From Octopus vulgaris (taxonomy: Eukaryota), in assembly GCA_951406725.2 (NCBI GenBank), contig OX597827.1, forward strand, positions 45,384,001-45,448,000: a stretch of 64,000 nt of DNA. Direction: 5' to 3'. The notes under the pieces were generated by a model that did no database searches, was not told where the DNA came from, and was given only the letters and a program-made list of their open reading frames with translations. Shown piece by piece: positions 12,735-25,918 of the stretch. The position numbers and the translations under genes were made by a program. Position 1 is the stretch's first letter; the number at the start of each line of letters is the position of its first letter.

Positions 12735-12935
12735 ATAAGTTTCTTTATTGGCCACACAGGGCTGCACACAGATGGGACAAGTTACAAGGTAGAGCTTTTC
12801 TTTTGGGGGATGAAAAAAACAAAAAACAAAAGAAACCAAAAAAAAAAAGGGTGGCATAGGTTTTTGATCGAGAGGGATCGTAAAAGGGAAGAAAAGAACA
12901 AAAAAAATTAATAAATAAAATAAAAAATAAAAAAG
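12735..12935 (-). mobile_element. 3' end of a LINE-like element adjoining (TATC)n, copy 1
   Basis: Nearly identical to 34576-34773; minus strand ends ...gccAATAAAgaaactta-(tcta)n. Confidence 0.65.
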
Positions 12936-13718
12936 ATAGATAGATAGATAGATGGATAGATAGATAGATATATAGATGTTTTGTTTCTTTTCAAACAAAG
13001 AAATTTTAAGATGTGTCATTAATATTTTAAAATGAAGCTGCTGAAATATAAATGATGCTTAAGCGGTGCAACAGGAAAACATACCCTTCAGTCACGAGAA
13101 TTCTTTATAAGCGAAGGCTACGTACCACTGGTTACTGACTTTTAAAGATGCGTTTTTACATACGTGTGTGTGTGAGTGTACCTCTATACATACATACATA
13201 CATACATACATACATACATACATACATACATACATACATACATACATGCATATGTATATATACACACATACGCATATAGATATAGATGAATAAACAGATT
13301 GATACAGGTATGTGCATTTGTGTGCACATTATATATATATATATACATTCATATATCTATCTATATATATCTACGCATCCAGATATCTATACATCGTTAT
13401 CTATCCATGTTTATGTGTATGCGTATATATCTGTGTGCTATATGCGTTTGTGTGTGAGAGCGCACGTGCATGTGTGTGTGCCTGTGCGTGCATGTGTGTA
13501 CTTTCAGCTCCATATCACTCACTTTTATACGAATGGATCCTCTTAAATGTTCCTTCCTAATTGGCCTGCCACATTAGTTCGTCACGCCCAGGTAAAGATG
13601 CTTTTTGAAGTAGTTGATGAATTGTTATCGATGATGCAACTGGGCATTCTTTTACAAAACTTTGAGAATTCTAAAGAGAAATTATGGAGCAAAATCCCTT
13701 AAAGAACTGCAGTTTAGG

Positions 13719-13828
<110 letters not shown>

Positions 13829-13859
13829 TTATCTATCTTTCTTTCATTCTTTCTTTCTA

Positions 13860-13890
<31 letters not shown>

Positions 13891-13927
13891 ATATCCATCC
13901 ATCCATCCATCCATCTATCCATCCATC

Positions 13928-13998
<71 letters not shown>

Positions 13999-14036
13999 AT
14001 CTTTCCATATATTTATAAATATATTTTGTGTGCTTG

Positions 14037-14098
<62 letters not shown>

Positions 14099-14183
14099 TG
14101 GAGTAAGCACATAAATGTGAAATAAGGTGGGAAAAAAAGACTACTCAAATACCAGAGATAGAATAGTATGTTTTATTTAAAAG

Positions 14184-14317
14184 TTTAAAAGCACCAGAAA
14201 TATAACAAAAGCTGTTACTCAGAGTTTCACGTTCCCGTTCGTCGGATCGTTTTGTTAAATGAATGGGAACATGAAATTCTGAGTAACAGCTTTTGTTATA
14301 TTCCTGCTGCCTTTAAA
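14184..14317. repeat. ~58-bp-arm fold-back containing a hammerhead-like motif (minus strand 14212-14250)
   Basis: tataacaaaagctgttactcagagtttcacgttccc / gggaacatgaaattctgagtaacagcttttgttata; reverse complement CCGACGA-acg ggaa cgt-GAAA-ctctgag-TA. Confidence 0.75.
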
Positions 14318-14881
14318 TAATGTGCGTATATATAACGAATACTGCTTGGTCGAATTTATTAATAATTAATTAATTCGACCCCCTTTTTTCATAACAATAT
14401 AATGCTTTCTCTCCAAGAATTTAAACTGCAGTTTTTACCTCTGTAGAAATGGAATGCTCTATGACTCACGTGGGCGGACAGGGAGAATAATAGATCTCAT
14501 TCGTATTTTTGGATTCGCTAGTACTGGGTGTCTGGCATAGTTTGTCCGATGTTACAGATATCGGACGGGTATGTTTGATTCTTAGTATTTTCAAATCTAA
14601 ATCAGAAGAAATCTCTGAGCTGATGAAGGAAAAGTGGCGTTTTACCCACAAATCCAGAAACAGACTGTCCTCGGGTATCGTATATGGATGTGATCTTTCA
14701 TTGTTTTTCCCTTATTCCTATGTGAGTTATTTTTCTGAGTATGCATTGTCTGGAGACTTTTATTTGCAGTTGAAGAAATAGCCAAATATTTGGCTGCTAT
14801 TTCTGAAAAGTTCGGTGTGTGGTAAAGTGAATTCTTTTACTTTACCATATTTTTATAAATTAATACTTTTTATAAATTAAT

Positions 14882-14953
<72 letters not shown>

Positions 14954-15275
14954 TGTATGTATATACATATACGTATATAGCTCAAAATTACAGAAAACAA
15001 AAAAATGATAAGAGAGAGAACAACAAGCAAGTGTATTAGTTTGCCGCTCGTGAAGAATGGAAATGTCCTTGACACTCCATATATATATATAGATATGAAT
15101 GCATACATATAAATATATATAAATATAAGTATAATCATACATAAATATAAATATATGTATGTATATATATATATATAGTTAATCGAAACAAGAAAGCACA
15201 AAAAACACAACAACGCGAGGACGTGGAACAAATATAGTATTATTGGACGCTCAGGAAAGAAGGAAAGAAAGAGGA

Positions 15276-15308
15276 TTTAACGTTTCGAGCGGAGCTCTTC
15301 GTCGGAAA
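15276..15308 (-). ncRNA. Minimal hammerhead-like motif (U4C variant)
   Basis: Reverse complement: ttt-CCGACGA-A-gagc tcc gctc-GAAA-cg-T-T-aaa; related motif on the plus strand at ~24143-24170. Confidence 0.55.
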
Positions 15309-15426
15309 CATAGGATAAGGAAAGATCCCGAGAAGGGAAGACAGAGGAAAAAAATCGCCAACGGTACACACGCGGTCACATATATACACATATATATGCA
15401 TACATAAACACACACACACACACACA

Positions 15427-15468
<42 letters not shown>

Positions 15469-16651
15469 TATCTTGTTTTCTTTTATGTCAAGTTATAATG
15501 AAAATAATTTTACATTAAACCGAAGGGTTACTCAATACTTTTTGCAGAGTACGTATTTATTAATCCTTGATAAGACTTGTGTTGACAGTAACTTCGAAGA
15601 TTTGGCCTGCTTAGCCTTCATTGCACGCTAGTGCATTTGAGTTCATCTTGGCTTTCTGGGGTAGGTTGTTGAGTAGGTTCTGATGGGAAGACGTTATAGA
15701 AGATTGTTATTGATTAAATTTATCTTATTGTTCAGAAATCAGTCATGCATATAGGAATTTGCAATTCGCTGTGTCTATTCAGGTGTGTTATCTGCAGGTC
15801 TTTGGGTCAGGATGTTAGACGACTAAACTGGCTTAGAAATCTTTTTGTGTATTTATTTATTTATTTTAAAATTTATTTATAATTATATGCAAATATCATA
15901 ACTAATATCTGCGCTTGAAGCCAAATTAAAGAAATATTTATAAAAGCATAACCCATCATCTTTACCTCCCAAAAACTCTAGTGTTAAATTTTCTAATCGT
16001 AATTAAATAATATGAAAAAAGAAAAATCCTAATGAGAAAGCTGCTGACATACTAACCTTCCCACCGACTTATATCTTTATGTGAATCTTAAAGCACAAGA
16101 TAAATTTCTATACTAAAACAATATGATCTAAAGCTGATTCACCTCAATAAAAACATCTAATCACAAAGTAGTACAAAGTTTGAATGGACTTTAAAGAATA
16201 TCTACTTTCTGAAAACAAGCGAAATAAATCTAAATAATACCAATAACATGTTAAGAAATCTGCTGAGCCGCTGAGCATTCAAACCTTTTACATTCTTTTG
16301 TGAACCTTTAAGAACTCTATGATTTAATCCTAACACAGCTAAATAAGCATACACCTAATCACAAGGTTTTACAACCGGACTGGACTCTGAACAATAGTCC
16401 CCAGGTTCCCAAAAGCGAATTGGTCAAATTTAATAAAGAAATACCAAAAGCGAATTGGTCAAATTTCCAAAATGACACCAATAGCAAGTAAAAAAAATCT
16501 GGTGAGCGGCTAACCTTTTCATCCATCTACATTCGTTTGTGAATACCTAAAAATAATTCCAAGACCTGAAGAGCTGACTCACCTATGTAGGCTATCCTGG
16601 CCGAAACTCGGAAGTGACTGACCTCTCGCTGCACATATTGTAAAAGCATTA

Positions 16652-16698
<47 letters not shown>

Positions 16699-16891
16699 AC
16701 TATGAGGATATATAGACCTCTTATAGAGATATTTTGTATCCAAGATACACTGGTTTGATATATTGTATTTTGAAGAGATTTATTCAATTAATATGTTATG
16801 TAAAATATCATAAAATATTAGATATTATAACTAATTTGAAAACGGAGATATCCAATAGATATAAATTAATTTATTAATTAATTAACATCTT

Positions 16892-16993
16892 CACCTACAA
16901 TTGTTTCATTTCGCATCTAATTTAAACTACAAAACATATATAAATATATAATCTTGCATTTCAAAATACCTTGGATGAAAGATCATCGAGGCG
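16892..16993 (-). ncRNA. Hammerhead-like motif with long stem II insert (degenerate core)
   Basis: Reverse complement: cgcc-TCGATGA-...-GAAA-caattg-TA-ggtg. Confidence 0.45.
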
Positions 16994-17297
16994 TGAAAAA
17001 GAACAATACAAAGAATACTTTATGATCTGTTGGAATATTCCAATATACTAAGAATATATAAGCATGCTTATTATGTATGTGCATGTGTGTGTGCACGCAT
17101 GCGTTAAAATTATTACTTTTATTTCTAATTCAACAACGACAATAATAATAATAATCATGAATAATGAGTTACAGTGGATAAAAATAAAAAGTATAATGAA
17201 TAAAATAAAATGAAAGTGAAATAAAATTTATGGTCATGTTTGTATGCGTGTGTGCGTATGTGTATATGTATATGGATATGTATATGTATATGTATAT

Positions 17298-17355
<58 letters not shown>

Positions 17356-17451
17356 GTATGTATATATATATCCCAGAAACAGCTGTAAGACTAACTTTCT
17401 CTTTATAAATGTCCAGAAAATTCTGCACACCCTCGGCTTTGTTGTCTTACG

Positions 17452-17501
<50 letters not shown>

Positions 17502-17520
17502 ATACAAATATATAAATATA

Positions 17521-17556
<36 letters not shown>

Positions 17557-17610
17557 TGTATGTATGTATGTATGTATGTATGTATGTATGTATATATATA
17601 TGTATGTATG

Positions 17611-17672
<62 letters not shown>

Positions 17673-17831
17673 CATGCATACATGTAGTTCAAATTTGTAG
17701 AAAAACAAGATGAATAGGGGTGTAGGAACAAAATGCAGGTGTAATAGTTTAACGCTTGGGAAAAATAGAAAAGTCTTCTCTGTTTCGATAAAAAGGAATG
17801 AAGAAAAAGGAGTTAGAAGGAAAAAAAAATC

Positions 17832-17892
<61 letters not shown>

Positions 17893-18899
17893 AGCTTAGA
17901 GAAGAAGAAACGAAACGAAACCAAACGAATCGAATCGACGCGAAGGCGCTCAGTCATACAATAGTGTAATAAATAAAATATATGCATACATACAAACATA
18001 TATGTACGTACCTACATCTAAATGTATATATACATGCATATATAAATATATATACGTGTGTACAGGACACCACAAATAGACGTAGAACTCAACGAGAAAC
18101 GAAAACGTAAAAACAGCATGGAACGGACCATTTTTTTATTTTTAACAACGAAAAAAATAGAGTACAAGACAACTACACAAGGAAATATCCCCTTCATCAG
18201 CTGTCCCTAGTTCAACTCCAGCGTGTTTCGAAGGTGAGGACAGGACACCTCTCGTCGAATTAGTCCTTCCTGCGAAAGAATTAAATAAAATTCCTTTGCA
18301 GAGGGGTAAAAACAAGGAAAAAAAGGGGGAAAAATGTGACAAAAACAGGACGTAAAAACAATACAATTAAAAACAAATACAAAATAAAAATACAATTACA
18401 AGAAATACAGTACAAGAAGGAATAGAAACAGGACAGGAAAACAAATAAAGAGGGCCTATAAGCCTAGACGAGGAAAAAAATTTTTTTCACGAGCGCAGGA
18501 AGAAACATGTTTATTTGAATAAGGCCGCCAGCGAAAGGAAGTTCGTAGACCCGGCTGTGAGAGAGATGAGGAGGAATGAGAGAGAGAGAGAGAGAGAGGA
18601 AGGAAGCAAAAGAGGGTGAAAGAAAGAGAGAAGAAGGAGTTATATATATATATGTATATGTATGAGCAAATTGAAAAGTTAAAATAAAAGCAAAACAACA
18701 AAAGTCAAGTCTGCAGGACATACAATGTGAATGTGTTAGGTTGGCACTAAGAATAAAATAGTAAAAAGGGGGGTGAGTCACGAGCATAGCTCTTCTTTAG
18801 AAAGAGGAGACAGAAAAGGTCTGGAGAGAAGTAACAAAAAAAAAAAACAGTCCAAGGAAATTACGAATGGCTACATATATATATATATATATATATATA

Positions 18900-19108
18900 C
18901 GAGGGGTGCTGGAAAGTTCCTGGCTTTAACGATATCGCGAAAGGCCATGCTGGAGGCTCAACCTTCCGAGTTCTTTTACAGAGCTTAAAAAGTGAAGGAC
19001 CACTGCAATAAGTGCGTGAATCTGAGAAGGGATTATTTTGAATAAAATCATAATTAACTTGATCCACCTATATTTTCTTTTACCAGGAACATTTCAGTGC
19101 CCCCCCCA
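18900..19108 (+). mobile_element. Mariner-derived MITE (internally deleted)
   Basis: TA|cgaggggtgctggaaagttcctgg ... ccaggaacatttcagtgcccccccca|TA TIRs; interior encodes the transposase C-terminus CNKCVNLRRDYFE*. Confidence 0.8.
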
Positions 19109-19352
19109 TACATTTATCGATATATTTATCCTGAATGATATATTCCAAATTCCGCTATTTCGTTAATACTTTGCTCATATAGACACTGAGGTCATGCTTA
19201 AATTTCTAATTTGCGCATTTTCTGTGCGAAACATTTCGTTTTTATATTACTCCAGACGTGTATTCCGAAGAGAATGAAGATCGATTATGCATGCATATAT
19301 GTATGTATGTAGGCATGTATCTGTGTATGTCTCTCTCTTTCCATATATGTAT

Positions 19353-19430
<78 letters not shown>

Positions 19431-19891
19431 GCAAATGTGCACAGTTTGCTTCTGCATATACAAACATACACATACCTTTATTCAGAAAACCATGCATAAA
19501 CATACAGACGTAATAAAATTGCTCAATATAATGGTGTAAAGATGCATAAGCATTTTGACTCTATAGGCGTTATTAGCTATTAGCATAATACCTCACCAGG
19601 GACTTCCGTTCACGCTCCCGGTCCGTTTCTACGTGCTTGCATGCTTTTAGGTTTGTGCTGAGTTAGTTATTAACATGTTTGTAAACTTTGCTGTTCGTCT
19701 CCGCTCGTAAATATATGCGTGCTTGTACATAATATATATAAATTCTGAGATATATATATGGATACCCCGTCGACTATTCTGTTAGTATACGAAACTATGT
19801 TTATAGATTTATTTATTTATACACATACATAAATACATATATATATATGTGTGTGTGTGTGTAAGCATGTACGTATAAACATATACTTACA

Positions 19892-19940
<49 letters not shown>

Positions 19941-20029
19941 GTACATATGTTTGTGTATGCTTGTATATTTACATATAGATGTATATTATAATAGTTACAT
20001 ATATATGTATATACGTACACACACACACT

Positions 20030-20088
<59 letters not shown>

Positions 20089-20385
20089 GCATACAGACAC
20101 ACATGTCTACATACAGACACACACGCACAAACACACACATTCACAGAGACACACAAACACACAAACACACATAAGACAGGTTAAAATAACCATGTGACCT
20201 TAACTGATTGATCAATGGCAGCCCGAATGTTCTCACCTAGAAACCATTTTAAACTTTCTGTTACGTTCACCATTCTAACTTCATGCATCATTCAATATGC
20301 TGACTAAGCTTCACTTTACAACTCCAATGAAATGTTAAGTGTTACTCTCTTTCGTTTATTCACCTATTTTTGTGTACACACACAC

Positions 20386-20501
<116 letters not shown>

Positions 20502-20717
20502 TATACATATAAATACCCTTTAAAAGGATGTGAGCACCCAAGTTGCCCGGTTTTATCTAATGCATCAATGAAATATTAAAAGCTACTAGCTTCACATTGA
20601 TTGATATGGGTATATTATCATTTATATATAAGAAAAAGAAAAAGAAAACGGAAAAATTGACATATAGACATCAATTTATTAAAACAAATCCAATTTCAAA
20701 ATATATCAAACTCATAA

Positions 20718-20814
20718 AACCTACAATTGTTTCCAGGTCCTGTTTATTCAAATAAAAAAAATTAAATTAAAGATTCATATTGAAAAATAATTGATTGAAC
20801 ATTTCGTCAGGGTC
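20718..20814 (-). ncRNA. Type I hammerhead motif with ~70-nt stem II insert
   Basis: Reverse complement: gacc-CTGACGA-A...-GAAA-caattg-TA-ggtt. Confidence 0.6.
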
Positions 20815-20966
20815 AGATCTTGATAGAAAAAGGAACTACAACCCAATGTGTTGATGGATCATTGGTAGACTCAACAAAAATTAAGATATGTGCACTTGTG
20901 CATTCTAATGTATTAAAAAACTGTTATTTGTGTATATGTAATTTTGTTTTATTATTACTTAATGTA

Positions 20967-21180
20967 AGACGGCGAGCTGGCTGAATCTTTAGCATGCCGG
21001 ACAAAATGCTCAGCGGTATTCCGTCTGTCTTTACGTTCTGAGTTCAAATTCCGCCGAGGTCGACTTTGTCCTTCATCCTTTGGGGTTGATAAATTAGGTA
21101 CCAGTGAAATACTGATGTCGATGTAATCGACAAGTCCTTCCTATCAAATTTCACGCCCTGTGTCTATAATAGAAAAGATT
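20967..21180 (+). mobile_element. SINE family B copy
   Basis: ggcgagctggc...gttcaaattccgccgaggtcgactttg...catcctttggggttgataaattaggtaccag; Pol III A/B boxes. Confidence 0.85.
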
Positions 21181-21299
21181 ATTACTTAATGTATTTGTGC
21201 GCATGCGTAGGTTAATGTTTTGAACCCCTCAACATGGGTGGCCTAAACAATAGTTATGATATAGTTAATTGTAATTAAAAACATTTATTCCTAATTTTC

Positions 21300-21590
21300 A
21301 TTATTGCTTGTGAGAATAGTATATAGTGAATGTAGTATATAGATGTAAAGTGAAATCTGAAGGTAAAAATTATTTTTATATCGGTTCAACGGAAAATTAT
21401 ATTAAAAGACGTATTGCTAACCATCACCACGCCTTTAATAATAGAAATAAGTCGTCTTATATCAGTCTTAGCAAATTTATTTGGGACTGAAGGACAAGAA
21501 TATGAAATATAGCATAGAGCAGGAAATAATAAGCTCTGCTAACGCCTGTAGAATTGGAAATATTCATTGTAATATTTATGTTGAATATTA
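21300..21590 (+). pseudogene. Second Penelope-like GIY-YIG endonuclease remnant (not in the ORF track)
   Basis: Manual translation from 21329: NVVYRCKVKSEGKNYFYIGSTENYIKRRIANHHHAFNNRNKSSYISLSKFIWD*. Confidence 0.8.
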
Positions 21591-22113
21591 TTCCAGATTT
21601 TAACTTCTAAACGTAAGCTTCCTAACACCATAAAGGATGGGGGAATATCCTGTGTGCGCGCCTGTAAATGGGTCTTTAAGAATTACCATTAAAATGAAAT
21701 AAAGGGGTTACTAAAACTATAAATTAACTATCTTATAAATTGACTATCTAGAAATACATAAGTGGGTATCTTAGGAAAATGATAATTATGATTAAAATAA
21801 TAAATAATGTTAAAATAATAACTAATATTAAAATAATAAGTGAAAGATACTACATATTAAGTTGAAAATCTTTAGTACACTCAAGCGATTAGTAAACAAA
21901 ACTCATGCCAAGGTTGGTGAAACTCTCAAAACCCCTCAACATGGGAGATAACTGCCATATGATTCGTTGATTATATTGTGTTTTGGACACTATATGTATA
22001 TGAAGACACTTAAATAATTGATTGGTTTAGAATAAAAGTGTAGAAACCAATAACGAATATGTGTGTTTATCGGACGATATGACCATTTCAAAACACAACA
22101 ATGTTTGTATGTG

Positions 22114-22191
<78 letters not shown>

Positions 22192-22312
22192 CATCTATCT
22201 ATATATCTATCTATCTGTCTGCATGTCTTCCTGTCTGTCTATGAACCTATATATGTATATAGATATAAATATATACAAATAATATATACACATACTTTAC
22301 TTATATATATGC

Positions 22313-22349
<37 letters not shown>

Positions 22350-22695
22350 CTCGAAAACTGAGTGGTTAGAGCATCGAGCTTACGACCGTGAGGTTGTGAG
22401 TTCGATTTCCGGACCGGGCTGCGTGTTGTGTTCTTCAGCAAGACACTTTATTTCAGGTTGCTCCAGTTCACCCACCCGTAGAAATGAGTTGCGACGCCAC
22501 AGGTGCCAAGCTGTATCAGCCCTCTCGCTTTTCCGCTGGATAACATTGGTTGCGTGGAGAAGGGAGGCTGGTATGCATGGGTGACTGCTTCCATAAAAAG
22601 AAGCAACCCTCGGTTTTGCATTAGCCAGTGAGGCTTGTCTCCGCCCAGACTTGTACCCGGAAGGGAACCTCTTAGGTGCACCCATGGTCATTCGT
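22350..22695 (+). mobile_element. tRNA-derived SINE family C (related copies 25932-26257, 27138-27430, 44337-44590, 48851-49117)
   Basis: tggttagagc...gttcgatt Pol III boxes, then gtgt(t/c)cttgagcaagacact or tgagcgaaaacacctaa segments; the copies may belong to more than one subfamily. Confidence 0.7.
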
Positions 22696-22921
22696 ATATA
22701 TATATGTATATATTTATAATATCTATATATTTAATTCATATCTACAATACTATATGCATACTCGCGCGCCCGCACACACACACACACACATACACACACA
22801 CACATATATATAAAGACGTTCAGACGCATATCTATATACGTATATACATATCAATACGTACATATGTGTGCGTAACTAAGTTGAGTGTATATACGCATAA
22901 ATGTAAGTTAAAATTGTTTTG

Positions 22922-23008
<87 letters not shown>

Positions 23009-23039
23009 CTTTTTTTCTCTCCTTGTTTTTTCGGTGCCC

Positions 23040-23075
23040 TTTTCTGAAGAAGAGCGTAGGCTCGAAACGTAAAAG
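23040..23075 (+). ncRNA. Minimal type I hammerhead motif
   Basis: tttt-CTGAAGA-A-gagc gtag gctc-GAAA-cg-TA-aaag, in a ~170-bp element between (TA)n tracts. Confidence 0.7.
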
Positions 23076-23244
23076 ACTTTTTCTATCCCTGAGCGTTATA
23101 CTAATACAGCTGTTTGTTTTGTACACCACCCGTCTTCGTCTTTTGTTTTTTTCGTTAACTCTCCCTATATATATATGTATGTATGTATGTATGTGTGTGT
23201 GTGTGTGTGTGTGTATACACACAGACACACACAGACACACACAG

Positions 23245-23276
<32 letters not shown>

Positions 23277-23680
23277 CCAAACACACACACACACACACTC
23301 ACACACACACAGAAATTGTTGTGTTTTGAAACGGTCATATCGTTCGATAAACACAAGTATTCATTATTAGTTTCTGCACTTTTATTCTAAACCAATCTAT
23401 TATTTACTTAAATTTTGATTGATTTGTCGTAAATATTCTCATACAGCACTGTGGAGTTCTCAATCATACTTATTGAACTTTCCATTGATGTGCACTTGTG
23501 TGACAAAACATTTAAGTCGATGTAATCAATAATTAATTGATTTATAGATTCATTAATCATAAAACAGAAGAGGTATGCGATTAGTGTGACCGACTGTTTG
23601 CAGAATGACCCTCATAAAATGCAACAATATCAGTTTCATTGTAAACTTTACTGGTGTAAAATTTCCTTCAAGCAACATTC

Positions 23681-23789
<109 letters not shown>

Positions 23790-23790
23790 C

Positions 23791-23889
<99 letters not shown>

Positions 23890-24299
23890 GTGTCCGGACA
23901 AAGTATATCTGATACATGTATAAATGTATTTTAGTATGTATGATATGATTTAAATTTTAGAGTCAGAGCAATTTCGTTTTCGCCATAATTATGTGTCATT
24001 ATTATATTTCTTTTAACATCGATTCATTTCATGTTACTCATGAAATATATTTTCACTATATATATATATATCAACAGTGTAACTACAGACTTGCTGTTGA
24101 TAATTTTTTCCCGCATCTTTGAACTTTTTCCATTTTTCATCTCCGACGAAGAGCTATGCTCGAAATATCAAAAAGTCTCTCTTTTTACTGAGCTTCCGTG
24201 TGCACGTCCTGTTGCTGTTTGTTATTGTTATTTTCAATGTTCACTTATTTGATTTGGCTATTCAATAGCTAAATATATATTCAATATATTTATTGATGC

Positions 24300-24348
<49 letters not shown>

Positions 24349-24569
24349 GGAGAGAAATAAAAATATATGCATACATACAAACATATATGTACGTACCTAC
24401 ATCTACATGTATATATACATGCATATATAAATAATTATACGGGAGTACAGGACATCACAAAAAGACGTAGAAACGGAAAAAGCCAAAAAACAAAAAACAA
24501 GAAAACGGAAAACGAAGAACAAGAAAACGAAAAACAAATACAGGACGAGCTACACAAGGACAAAACCCC

Positions 24570-24617
<48 letters not shown>

Positions 24618-24987
24618 CGTTTGCAGAAGCACATAAATCCGGAGAAGAACACTCTAAGATGTAGAGCAGTTAATATTATAGGGGTAGGCCGGCTTATGGG
24701 TTTATCTTGGGTTTCCTGCTCATAAGGGGTTTAATCTTACGACGTATCCCCAGACCTCAAGCACTGCTGACCTGAGACAAAAACGAGGCTTTTCCTCCTC
24801 CATATTTTAAAGAGGTCTCAGGCCAGCGAGAAACTCAGGGTCACCCCATAAACCGGCCTATACTATACTATATATATATAATTGTAATATTTTATATTCT
24901 ATTTATTTATATATGCATCATTTCTAGTAATGTAGGTGTTCTAACACCCTTGGTTGCATTTATTAAAATTTACACACACACACACAC

Positions 24988-25038
<51 letters not shown>

Positions 25039-25050
25039 TGTATGTATATA

Positions 25051-25422
25051 TAAATGTCACTAAATCTAACAAAGGATGTTAGAACACCTACATTGCTAGA
25101 AATAAGAGCTATAAAGCTCTAAAGCTCTTGTTAAAGCACATACTTATATACCTATATGCTGAGAGAGACTGTAATCGCCCAAAGCACCAATCGAAAATTC
25201 CCTACACTGACCGATAAGTTTCGGCTATTTCCGTAGCGTCATCAGTCACGGCCGCTCGCTCCGTCAGTATAAAGGATTCTCGATAGTTGTTTTGGACGAT
25301 TACAGTCCTGTCAGTATATATGCGTTACAGTTATATGCTTTAACTACAGAATTAGAGCGTTTTAGTCCTTACTTTTAGCAATGTAGGTGTTTGAGTAGCT
25401 TAGGCGCATTTAGTGACATTTA
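25051..25422 (-). mobile_element. Rod-like fold-back element with a hammerhead core at the apex
   Basis: ~160-bp imperfect arms (taaatgtcactaaat...atttagtgacattta); apex reverse complement CTGATGA-c-gcta cggaaa tagc-c-GAAAC; arm fragments also at 24921-24960 and ~49590-49680. Confidence 0.75.
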
Positions 25423-25567
25423 CAGTTTTCCTTTTTGGTAACACATTGCACGTGGCTGTTTATATTCATATTCATAACTGTACGGATAATCCCGCAATAG
25501 TTCTTGGTGCCGCAACTTAAATACCTAACTCATCTGAATCTCAATTATTTTGCTATACACACATACA

Positions 25568-25598
<31 letters not shown>

Positions 25599-25871
25599 TC
25601 ATATATTCATATGTATGCACATATTTATATATGTATGTATGTATGTATGAATGTATGTATGTATAGATATGTGTATATATTCATACACATAATATATATT
25701 CGCATGTGTATGTATATGCATATGTATGTGAGTACGTGTGTATGTGTGTGAATGTGTGTATATATATATAAACATATATTATATATATATATACACACAC
25801 ACATATATATACGTATATATATATATATACGTATATATATGTGTGTGTGTGTATATATATATATAATATAT

Positions 25872-25918
<47 letters not shown>

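Noticed and set aside
16564-16615. CTGAAGA...GGCCGAAACTCG hammerhead-like (similar weak cases at ~3535, ~3605, ~18215, ~24698, ~42570)
   Set aside because: Helix I/III, core or cleavage triplet broken; probably decayed copies, so not called individually.
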